From Bacillota bacterium (GTDB taxonomy: Bacteria > Bacillota > Dethiobacteria > DTU022): a stretch of 50,546 bases of DNA. Position 1 is the first letter of the stretch, and every line of letters begins with the position of its first letter. The stretch lies in the NCBI GenBank assembly GCA_016874655.1, contig VGTO01000003.1, positions 1-50,546 on the forward strand, read 5' to 3'. The notes beneath the pieces are model-generated. The model was given only the letters and a program-made list of their open reading frames with translations. It was not told where the DNA came from and made no database searches. Positions 38,519-46,356 of this stretch are shown piece by piece. The translations under genes and the position numbers were made by a program.

Positions 38519-39366
38519 CCTGCTCCCAGCACCACTGCCAAATACCAAATAAAAAAGCTGTATTTCATAATTGTGCTGTTCTTTTCAAGGATCTCGCCGG
38601 AGGCATCGCTTTTGGTGTTAATTGCAATATAGGTCAGGATTGGGTAGATACCAAATATAATCAGGTACAAATAGACGGGACTATACTGTTCAACAAAGTA
38701 AGTGACCAGCATCAGAACCGCTGACAGGGCTAAAAACATGATGGTGTAACGGCGAGCCACTAATTTACCCTTTACCGTGGAAATTGTATTGCACCGCTGA
38801 GCAAGGTCACCCCGGTAGTCAGCCATAGTCTTTAAGATTTCGCGTCCCATCATTGCCATAAAAACAGTAGCGGCCAGCATCAGCGTCGGGCCGGTGTTAC
38901 CGGCTGCCACCCCACCGAAAATAAAGCAGAGGCCAACGATCAGGGCCACAGTTATATTCCCCCATAAAACAGTGCATTTTAACTTCCAGGAATAAAGGTA
39001 AAGTAAAATGTTAGCCCCAACGGTAATTAAAAAGGCCGGCAGGTTAATTAAGGTGGCAATTAACAGGGACAAAGCGGTCCCGATTATAGAAAAGATGAGC
39101 GCCCCTTTCGGGCTGATCGTTCCCGCCGGTAGCGGCCGCGCGGGTTTGTTGATGCGGTCAATTTCAATATCTAGATAATCGTTCCAGGCATTGGTCGAAA
39201 CGGTAATCAATAATACCGACAGTGCTGCGGCGATCACCGGCCACCAGGAAAGCGGCTCAGCAGCATAAGCGCTGACAAAAACCGCCAATACCCCTGCCAG
39301 GGCATTGATTGGGCGGCCCAACCTGTAATATTCCATGATCATTTTTTTCTCCTGATCTCCTATCAC
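38515..39366 (-). CDS. UbiA-family prenyltransferase, DGGGP-synthase-like
   Basis: RLGRPIN, NAWNDYLDIEIDRINKPARPLPAG, YSWKLK...GN, REILKTMADYRGD. Confidence 0.85.
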   Translation of the reverse strand: MIGDQEKKMIMEYYRLGRPINALAGVLAVFVSAYAAEPLSWWPVIAAALSVLLITVSTNAWNDYLDIEIDRINKPARPLPAGTISPKGALIFSIIGTALSLLIATLINLPAFLITVGANILLYLYSWKLKCTVLWGNITVALIVGLCFIFGGVAAGNTGPTLMLAATVFMAMMGREILKTMADYRGDLAQRCNTISTVKGKLVARRYTIMFLALSAVLMLVTYFVEQYSPVYLYLIIFGIYPILTYIAINTKSDASGEILEKNSTIMKYSFFIWYLAVVLGAG

Positions 39367-39671
39367 TTATTATATAGCCAACCAGGCATTCAAGGCCCTA
39401 ATTTTAATCAGCAAAACCGCTCTTTGATCGAAAGCATTTAACTTCCACTTACATTATAACCGGATAACTTTTTTAAACAATACGGCTTAGTTTGGGTCGT
39501 ATTTATGATAAACAATAAATCTCAGTTTTTCGATCCGGATCAGCACAACTCGACTTGCCCGGTTAGCTTGTGCCCACCAATTCATCCTCCAACCTGGGCT
39601 TTGCCGCACCCCGGCCCCACAGACTAAAATGACGATGCTTCACAAAAACGCTTTGAAAGGAGGTGAATCAA

Positions 39672-39896
39672 ATGGCAGTTAACGCTATTCCTTTAACCGC
39701 TCGCCTGCAATTGCGGCTGAACACCGGATTGGATGACAATTTTAATCCGATCTACCGCACCCGCTCTTTCTCCAACGTTAAGACCACCGCGGACAACGAA
39801 GACCTGTTCGAACTGGCAGAGGAGATTGGCAGCCTGCAGCTGCACACCCTGGAAGCTGTGCGCCGGGTAGACGAGTACGAACTTGAAGAAGTGTAA
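39672..39896 (+). CDS. DUF1659-family small protein
   Basis: GAAAGGAGGTGA RBS; RLQLRLNTGLD..G/NP.YRTRSFSNVK..A..E.L..LA..I..LQ pattern. Confidence 0.8.
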   Translation: MAVNAIPLTARLQLRLNTGLDDNFNPIYRTRSFSNVKTTADNEDLFELAEEIGSLQLHTLEAVRRVDEYELEEV

Positions 39897-39942
39897 AAGT
39901 AATTCCTAAGTTACAAAATTATCAAGCGAAGGAGGTGATTAA

Positions 39943-40161
39943 ATGAGCGCAACTTTACAGATGATCTTCCGCAATGCGGCTAATAGCAACACTACTGTTT
40001 CTATAGCAGATCCTGACCCGGAAATAACAGCAATGGAAGTAGAAGCGGTAATGGATTCGATAATCAGCCGCAATGTTTTCAACACTTCCGGCGGTGACCT
40101 CGCAAGCAAGGTCAAAGCCCAGGTGGTTTCCAGAACAGTAGACGTATTGGGTGAATATTAA
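39943..40161 (+). CDS. DUF2922-family small protein
   Basis: AAGGAGGTGA RBS; TLQMIFRN...TVSIADP..EIT..EV..VMD.II..NVF....GDL....A.VV pattern. Confidence 0.82.
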   Translation: MSATLQMIFRNAANSNTTVSIADPDPEITAMEVEAVMDSIISRNVFNTSGGDLASKVKAQVVSRTVDVLGEY

Positions 40162-40166
40162 AACTG

Positions 40167-40197
40167 AGGGGGGTGGGCTCAGCCCGCCCCCTGTTTT
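40167..40197 (+). terminator. Internal terminator-like hairpin between DUF2922 and yvrJ
   Basis: AGGGGGGTGGGCT-c-AGCCCGCCCCCT followed by GTTTT. Confidence 0.6.
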
Positions 40198-40217
40198 GTA
40201 GGAGGTGAGTTAAGGTA

Positions 40218-40358
40218 ATGGAAGAAATGGTTGTTTTAATCGGCAATTTCGGCTTTCCCGTTGCAGTCAGTATTTACCTGCTGGTGCGTCTGGAGGGTAA
40301 GCTGGAAACCCTGACCGACAGCATCCATTCCCTATCGGAAGCCCTGGTCAAGCATTAG
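40218..40358 (+). CDS. yvrJ: YvrJ-family small membrane protein (46 aa, holin-like)
   Basis: Below ORF-track cutoff. AGGAGGTGA RBS; MEEMVVLIGNFGFPVAVSIYLLVRLEGKLETLTDSIHSLSEALVKH with the GNFGFP..V..YLLVR.E.KL signature. Confidence 0.88.
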   Translation: MEEMVVLIGNFGFPVAVSIYLLVRLEGKLETLTDSIHSLSEALVKH

Positions 40359-40383
40359 GTAGGCGCACTACCTTAGATCAAAA

Positions 40384-40406
40384 CCCTCTCCCGCGCAGGG
40401 AGAGGG
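40384..40406. repeat. CCCTCTCCC/GGGAGAGGG hairpin between yvrJ and the amidase
   Basis: Perfect 9-bp stem with GCGCA loop; no U-tract. Confidence 0.6.
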
Positions 40407-40442
40407 CCATCATTAAGAATAGTAGAAGGGAAAACTAACAAC

Positions 40443-41162
40443 ATGCAAAAACCGGTAATAGTTTTGGATCCCGGACACGGGGGATATGATTCAGGAGCAA
40501 GTTATCATGGTCTGAAAGAAAAAGATTTAAACCTGGCTCTGGCCTTAAAAGTTGCTGCCCGGCTAAGTGGCTACAAAATATTACTAACTCGCGAACGCGA
40601 CATTTATGTATCGCTGGCTGATCGCGTCGCTTTAAGCAAAAGAGCTGAAGCCGATCTTTTTATATCACTGCATGCCAATGCCGGAGGAGGAAAGGGTTTT
40701 GAGTCATTCATTTACAGCGGTCTGGGCGCCAAAGATCCGGCAGTACCGATGCAGCAGGTGATCCATAGAGCGATTATGAAGGCTCTGGGCCGCTGGGAAA
40801 TAGTCGATCGCGGATTAAAAAGGGCTTCTTTTTACGTGCTGAAAAGTAACCCCCGCCCGGCTATACTAATCGAATCACTCTTTCTCGATAACATAAGGGA
40901 GGCGCAGATCTGGCGGGAACCGCTCTTTACTGAAACACTGGCCGGCAGCCTGGCAGACGGACTCAGCATTGCCCTTGGTTCAAGCAATAATGAATCGCCA
41001 GCATCGGCAAGCCCTACTGCAAACTCATCAACATCATCCCCTCACTCAGGCCTTTACACTGTGCAGGTAGGCGCTTTTGCCCACCTTGAAAATGCCCGCC
41101 AGCGCCTGGCTGAAGCACAGGCGGCAGGATTTGGTGATGCCTACATCTATCAGAAACAGTAA
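40443..41162 (+). CDS. N-acetylmuramoyl-L-alanine amidase (Amidase_3 + SPOR), no signal peptide
   Basis: LDPGHGG, EKDLNL, ISLHANAGG, ILIESLFLDN, Ser/Pro linker, YTVQVGAF SPOR domain. Confidence 0.93.
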   Translation: MQKPVIVLDPGHGGYDSGASYHGLKEKDLNLALALKVAARLSGYKILLTRERDIYVSLADRVALSKRAEADLFISLHANAGGGKGFESFIYSGLGAKDPAVPMQQVIHRAIMKALGRWEIVDRGLKRASFYVLKSNPRPAILIESLFLDNIREAQIWREPLFTETLAGSLADGLSIALGSSNNESPASASPTANSSTSSPHSGLYTVQVGAFAHLENARQRLAEAQAAGFGDAYIYQKQ

Positions 41163-41170
41163 CCTGAACT

Positions 41171-41207
41171 AGCGGGGGATTCTATCCCTGTGATAGTAAC
41201 CCCCGCT
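41171..41207. terminator. Hairpin between convergent amidase and ComK-like genes
   Basis: AGCGGGGG-ATT-CTATC...GATAG-TAA-CCCCCGCT long stem. Confidence 0.65.
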
Positions 41208-41244
41208 TGCATTAGGATAATCATGCTGATTATAAGCTGTTTTT

Positions 41245-41871
41245 TTATATTCTAACGTCAGCCAACAACTGGTATAAAAAGCTGCTGATTGTGTTAATCT
41301 TCTCATACAAATCAGGACCGTTCCTGACCTGTTCGGCAATAACCAGCGGTTGTTGCCGATGAATACCTGCCTGATTGTGTAGAAGACGGTAACGATCAAG
41401 GGCCAGGCGGCCCTGGTTGAGCCTTTTTTCAATGACCTGTCGGGTGAAGCAGCAGGGCATACTTAAACCACCATTTAAATGAATGCGGCACTTAATCCGC
41501 TGATCTGTATCAAGGCTGTCCTCTTCACAAATTTTTAAAACATCGGCAACACTAACATATCCGCTCGCCCCATCGTTTTCTACCAGCGGATGCCGCATCT
41601 TAAGCGGAACCAAAACTAAATAGTGACTAACCGGCAATGGAACACACTGGCCACAACCGAGATAGTTTTTATAGTTCTTACGTAACTCAACCAAGTCATA
41701 ACCGTAATACTTAAGAAACCTGTTCAAAATAGTCTTTAGCCTGCGGTTATCCTCAATCACCTCACCCTGGCGGGTGTAGATCCGGGTTGTGTTTCCCCCT
41801 TTTGGCCCATAACATGGTTCCAATGCAATAATTGACTGAATGCAGTTTTCTAATGTTTTTATCTGCTTCAC
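41245..41871 (-). CDS. ComK-like putative transcription factor
   Basis: IIALEPCY...TRIYT....LKTILNRF...YGYDL..LR......LG....VPL......VLVPLK.R...ENDG..GYV order matches the ComK-family layout; GGAGGTGA RBS. Remote similarity only. Confidence 0.65.
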   Translation of the reverse strand: MKQIKTLENCIQSIIALEPCYGPKGGNTTRIYTRQGEVIEDNRRLKTILNRFLKYYGYDLVELRKNYKNYLGCGQCVPLPVSHYLVLVPLKMRHPLVENDGASGYVSVADVLKICEEDSLDTDQRIKCRIHLNGGLSMPCCFTRQVIEKRLNQGRLALDRYRLLHNQAGIHRQQPLVIAEQVRNGPDLYEKINTISSFLYQLLADVRI

Positions 41872-41882
41872 CTCCCTGGCCT

Positions 41883-41911
41883 ATTATAGGCGAACATATG
41901 TTTTTTGTAAA
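41883..41911 (-). promoter_or_regulatory. SigmaA promoter with LexA (SOS/Cheo) box in the spacer
   Basis: Minus strand TTTACA (41911-41906)-N17-TATAAT (41888-41883); spacer holds CGAACATATGTTTT (41891-41904) versus Bacillota consensus CGAAC-N4-GTTCG. Confidence 0.8.
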
Positions 41912-41992
41912 GATCAAAACGTTCCGGAAAGAAGGATCTAGTTGGAGCAAAGAGAAGAATACCACTGTAAAAAGACAGGAGGAAATGCATCA

Positions 41993-42571
41993 ATGGAGAA
42001 GAAACCGACCCGCGAAGAGGCATTGGCTTTACTGAAAAAATATAACCGAAGTGACGCCCTGATCAAGCATGCCCTGGCCGTGGAAGCTGTAATGACCTAT
42101 TTTGCCGAAAAATATGGTGAGGGAGATCTGGAAAAGTGGCGGGTCATCGGTCTGGTTCACGACTTAGATTACGAGCAATACCCGGAGGAACACTGTCATA
42201 AAACCAAAGCGATCCTCACTGAAGAGGGCTGGCCGGAAGATTATATCCGGGCGATCATCAGCCACGGCTGGAAAATCTGCACCGATGTCGAACCGTTGGA
42301 AACAATGGAAAAAGTGCTTTATACCACCGATGAGCTAACCGGCCTGATCGTGGCCACTATTTTAATGCGGCCCAGCAAAAGCATTCTCGACTTAGAGCTA
42401 AGCTCGGTGAAAAAGAAATATAAAAATAAAAATTTTGCCGCCGGAGTCGATCGCAGTATTATTGAAGAAGGGGCCGCCATGCTGGGGATGAGCCTCGATG
42501 AAGTAATCCAGGAGACAATCAATGCCATGCGGGCCGAAGCAGCCGCTCTCGGTCTGGAGGGAAGTGCTTAA
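41993..42571 (+). CDS. HD-domain (HDIG-like) phosphohydrolase
   Basis: KHALAVEAVM, GLVHDLDYE, IISHG, DELTGLI, FAAGVDR; ATG 41993 with AGGAGG RBS. Confidence 0.88.
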   Translation: MEKKPTREEALALLKKYNRSDALIKHALAVEAVMTYFAEKYGEGDLEKWRVIGLVHDLDYEQYPEEHCHKTKAILTEEGWPEDYIRAIISHGWKICTDVEPLETMEKVLYTTDELTGLIVATILMRPSKSILDLELSSVKKKYKNKNFAAGVDRSIIEEGAAMLGMSLDEVIQETINAMRAEAAALGLEGSA

Positions 42572-44004
42572 TCATTTAAGGGTGGCCGGCGATCATGCCA
42601 CGATTGCCGGCTTTCGAAACAGGCGGCAGCTATCAGCAGCTCGCGCTCGCCGCCCGGCTTGCCCGCCAGTTGCAGTCCAACCGGAAAACCCTCCTTTGTC
42701 CAGCCACAAGGGATACTGATGGCCGGCAGTCCGGTAACTGAAAAAGCATAGGTCAGCATAATCCAATCAATATAGCTTTTCATCTCTTGGCCGTTTATTG
42801 ATGTGGGATAAGCAGTATCAGCCGGGAATGGTTTAATTGGCACGGTTGGCACAGCGATCAGGTCATATCGCTCAAAAAAGCTGAGCATTTGCTGCCAAAG
42901 GCGTGAGCGATACTGATCTGCCTTGGCAATGGCCGCTGCCGAAAGAGCCAGCCCCTGCCTGGCGTTGCTTATAACATTTGGGTTAACCAGCTCTAAAAAC
43001 TCCGGTTTTTCGAGTTCGTCCTGGTAGAGGGCAGCATAGCGAACCCCGCGCAAAACTGCTGCCGTCTCCTGCAATCCGCTGTAATCAGGACAATCTTCAA
43101 TTACCGTGCATCCAAGTTGTTCAAACGTCTTAATCGATCTTCTGGCTACCTGAAGCACTTCATGATCAACCGGCGTTAGATTAAGGTTATCGCTCCAAGC
43201 CACCTTAAAGCTACATTTACTGCCAAGGCCCATTTTTAAGCTTTCATGGAAACTTTCTTCACCGGGCATCAACGCCACCGGGCTGCGTCGATCAGGTCCT
43301 GCCAGCACATCAAACATCAGAGCCAGATCTTCAACATTGCGGGCCATTGGGCCTTCCAGTGACATCGTATCCCAGTAGAGATCATTGGGGTAAAAGGGTA
43401 TCCGGCCCGGCGATGGCCTCATCCCCACGATGCCGCAAAAACTGGCCGGGATCCTTAGTGATCCACCCAGATCGTTGCCCTCGGCCAATGCACAGAGACC
43501 GGCGGCTACAGCGGCAGCAGAACCACCGCTGGAGCCTCCGCTATTATACGCTGTGTTCCAAGGCGTGCGGGTAGGGCCAAATAGATCGTTATACGTAGAA
43601 CCTCCGGCAGCGAATTCTGGGGTGTTGGTTTTTCCCATAATGATTGCTCCTGCTGCTTTTAGACGCTCCACCACCAGTGAATCTATCTGCGGCACATAAT
43701 CTTTATATAACAGCGACCCAAATGTAGTTCTGATCCCTTTAGTCAGGGTTACGTCTTTGATGGAAACCGGCACTCCGGCCAGGGACCCAATGGGTATTTT
43801 GGCCTTTATCTTTTCTTCCAACTCGCGAGCCGCTCTGAGGGCTGATTCTTCAGCCACCGTGCAATAAGCGTTGATTAGGGGATTAATCATATCGATCCGC
43901 TCCAGAAAGGTTTTTACCACTTCTGTCGGCGAAACCTTTTTTGTCTTAACCCGATCAGCAATAACTGTGGCAGGCATGTAACAAAAATCTTTTATGCTGC
44001 TCAT
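42568..44004 (-). CDS. Amidase-signature family enzyme
   Basis: GVPVSIKD, GKTNTPEF, GGSSGGSAAAV, DLGGSLRIPASFCG. Confidence 0.93.
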   Translation of the reverse strand: MSSIKDFCYMPATVIADRVKTKKVSPTEVVKTFLERIDMINPLINAYCTVAEESALRAARELEEKIKAKIPIGSLAGVPVSIKDVTLTKGIRTTFGSLLYKDYVPQIDSLVVERLKAAGAIIMGKTNTPEFAAGGSTYNDLFGPTRTPWNTAYNSGGSSGGSAAAVAAGLCALAEGNDLGGSLRIPASFCGIVGMRPSPGRIPFYPNDLYWDTMSLEGPMARNVEDLALMFDVLAGPDRRSPVALMPGEESFHESLKMGLGSKCSFKVAWSDNLNLTPVDHEVLQVARRSIKTFEQLGCTVIEDCPDYSGLQETAAVLRGVRYAALYQDELEKPEFLELVNPNVISNARQGLALSAAAIAKADQYRSRLWQQMLSFFERYDLIAVPTVPIKPFPADTAYPTSINGQEMKSYIDWIMLTYAFSVTGLPAISIPCGWTKEGFPVGLQLAGKPGGERELLIAAACFESRQSWHDRRPPLND

Positions 44005-44236
44005 CTTTATCTCCTCCCTCCTTTCCCGGGGAAAATAACTTAGTCATGTCTTATAATATTTTCTGCTGAACCAGGAAATATCCTCTAACCCTTATTAATT
44101 GACAAACTCTGACCAATATAATACGCTACCAGCAGTAAAAACAACAGAGCAGGGGGCAAAATTGTTTACACTTAGGAATTAATATACATTATCAACCATG
44201 TGTCGACCTGACTCTATTAAGGAAGGAGTATCAGCA

Positions 44237-44800
44237 ATGAGAACTTTTTTCATTATCTTAATGTTACTGTTAGCCTTCGCCATTGCAGCTGTCGCGATCG
44301 CAAACAGTGAAATTGTTACTGTTAGTTACCTCTTTGGTCAGATCGATCTGAATCTTTTTGCGGTAATTCTCGGATCAGCCCTCGGAGGTATTATGGTGAT
44401 GATCTTTTTTATGATTTATCGCGGTATTCACAACTACATCAAATCGGAAAGTGTACGTAACCTGAAAAAGGAGCTGCAGCGCCAGGTACAAAGCTTAGGA
44501 GCTGAGAATAAAAAGCTGGAAGATGAGATCAGCAAACTGCAAAGAGAGCGTGAAATTGCCGCTGAAAAAGCACGCACTGAACTGGAAAACGAGAAGAAGA
44601 AACTGGAAGATGAGTTGACCAGGCAGCAAAGAGAGCGCGAAAATACTATGGCCAGAGAGCAGGCTGAGCTTGAAGCAGAAAAACACAAACTCGAAGAAGA
44701 ACTAAAGAAACACCAGGGAGTAATAGGAGCCCCGGAAGCAGAACTCACAGGAGAAGACCCTACAGTCAAAAAAGGATTTTTTGACTTTTTGAAGAAGTAG
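44237..44800 (+). CDS. LapA/DUF1049-like membrane protein with repeated coiled-coil tail
   Basis: Two TM helices around N...VTVSYLFG; charged C-terminal repeats; ATG 44237 with AAGGAG RBS. Confidence 0.7.
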   Translation: MRTFFIILMLLLAFAIAAVAIANSEIVTVSYLFGQIDLNLFAVILGSALGGIMVMIFFMIYRGIHNYIKSESVRNLKKELQRQVQSLGAENKKLEDEISKLQREREIAAEKARTELENEKKKLEDELTRQQRERENTMAREQAELEAEKHKLEEELKKHQGVIGAPEAELTGEDPTVKKGFFDFLKK

Positions 44801-44853
44801 CGAAAACCAGGTTGGCCTTCACCCCCCACCTCCAATTTCGAGGTTAGAGAACA

Positions 44854-44890
44854 CCCCCACCCCGACCCTCCCCCCTCAAGGGGGAGGGGG
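44854..44890. repeat. REP-like palindromic element
   Basis: CCCCCACCCCGA-CCCTCCCCCC-TCAA-GGGGGAGGG between convergent genes. Confidence 0.55.
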
Positions 44891-44899
44891 TTTTAGGGT

Positions 44900-46120
44900 T
44901 TATTTTTGATCCAGGGCCAGCAGGCTGTGCAGAATCACATTGGCGCCTTTCCAGCATTGCTCCAACGAGGTATGCTCCTCTTCACAGTGACTAAACCCTG
45001 TATCGCTCGGCACAAAAATCATTGTGGCCGGTACCAGATCAGCGATATACTGGGCATCGTGGCCGGCGCCGCTATACATCCGCTTATAGGGGTAGCCCAG
45101 AGTTTTTGTACTCTCTTCCACGATTCCTACCATATCCGGTTTGAAATCGATGGTGTTACGAGCCCACTGCTCACGGTAAGTGACTGGACAACCGCGGATT
45201 TCCGCCGGTAAAGATTCAATTACTTTTACCACCTGCCGGATCACTTCCGGGTCACGGTGCCGCGCATCAATGGTAATGCGCACGTTATCCGGAATTACAG
45301 TGTGAACATTTGGACCGCCACTGAATTCACCGGTAGTATAGACCAGGGATGGATCAAGCTTGTCCAGTTCATCATGCAGGTACTGGATTACCGCCACCAT
45401 TGCATAAAGGGCATCTTTACGCAACGGCATCGGAGTGGTGCCGGCATGGTTGGCCTGGCCACGGGTCTTGATCTCGTAATTAACCATCCCCAGCACTCCT
45501 TCCACCACACCGATATCTTTACCTTCGGCCTCCAGGACCGGACCCTGCTCGATATGCAGTTCCAGGAAGGCGCTGTAACCCTTTGTGCTAAAGCGATTAG
45601 TCGCATCGCCCTTAAAACCACTGGCCTCCAGAGCATCTTTGAAAGCAATACCTTCTTCATCCTTAACCGCCAACATGGTGGCCTGGTCAAACTTACCGGC
45701 AATCACTCCAGAGGACATCATCGCCGGCCGAAACCGGGAACCCTCCTCGTTGGTCCAGACCAACACAGTCATCGGATGGCGGGTTTCAATTCCTTCAACA
45801 ATCATTGTTTCCAGCGCCTCCAGACCGGTTAACACACCCAGGACGCCGTCAAAATTGCCACCCCTGACCACCGAATCAAGGTGCGAGCCAACAGCAATGG
45901 CAGGCAAATCCTCTTTACCCGGCTTGGTAGCATAGATATTACCCATATCATCGGTTTTAACCGACAGGCCAAGAGCCTCGCAGCGCCGGCAAAATTCAGC
46001 GCGCGCCTGCAGGTTGGGCTCTGTAAAACAAAGTCTGGTTATCCCACCCTTGCCGGTATCGCCATACTTACCAAAAGTCTTGATCTTATCTTCTAGCCGC
46101 TCCATGCTGCACTTGATCAA
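44900..46120 (-). CDS. M20-family Zn hydrolase (N-carbamoyl-amino acid hydrolase / beta-ureidopropionase-like)
   Basis: GSHLDSV, FDGVLG, TNEEGSRF, ELHIEQGP, HAGTTPM, SGAGHDA, SHCEEE. Confidence 0.92.
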   Translation of the reverse strand: MIKCSMERLEDKIKTFGKYGDTGKGGITRLCFTEPNLQARAEFCRRCEALGLSVKTDDMGNIYATKPGKEDLPAIAVGSHLDSVVRGGNFDGVLGVLTGLEALETMIVEGIETRHPMTVLVWTNEEGSRFRPAMMSSGVIAGKFDQATMLAVKDEEGIAFKDALEASGFKGDATNRFSTKGYSAFLELHIEQGPVLEAEGKDIGVVEGVLGMVNYEIKTRGQANHAGTTPMPLRKDALYAMVAVIQYLHDELDKLDPSLVYTTGEFSGGPNVHTVIPDNVRITIDARHRDPEVIRQVVKVIESLPAEIRGCPVTYREQWARNTIDFKPDMVGIVEESTKTLGYPYKRMYSGAGHDAQYIADLVPATMIFVPSDTGFSHCEEEHTSLEQCWKGANVILHSLLALDQK

Positions 46121-46356
46121 CTTAACATCAACCCCTTTGCTTTTTAGGATTTAAGCTTGCCGGGAGTTACTCACATCTAAACAATAACAAAATTTTAGCT
46201 GCGTCACAACATTAAGAGCCTTTCTCCAGCTCACAGATGTCAGAAGGAGGCCGTTTAACTTTGAATGCTTTTAACAACTGGACACTCCGCTTCGGCAAGT
46301 GGTATAATCGGCAACGGCATTACAATGCCAGAATAAGCTAAGGACTTTACAAAAAC

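Noticed and set aside
39400-39660. ComK boxes (AAAA-N5-TTTT pairs) upstream of DUF1659
   Set aside because: Only single one-mismatch half-sites in AT-rich DNA; no properly spaced pair.
39672-41871. Prophage
   Set aside because: No integrase, terminase, portal, capsid, tail or att sites; treated as a stand-alone module.
45257-45832. 191-aa plus-strand ORF and the many other nested 60-160 aa track ORFs
   Set aside because: Overlap well-supported genes on the opposite strand or another frame, with no motifs or RBS.
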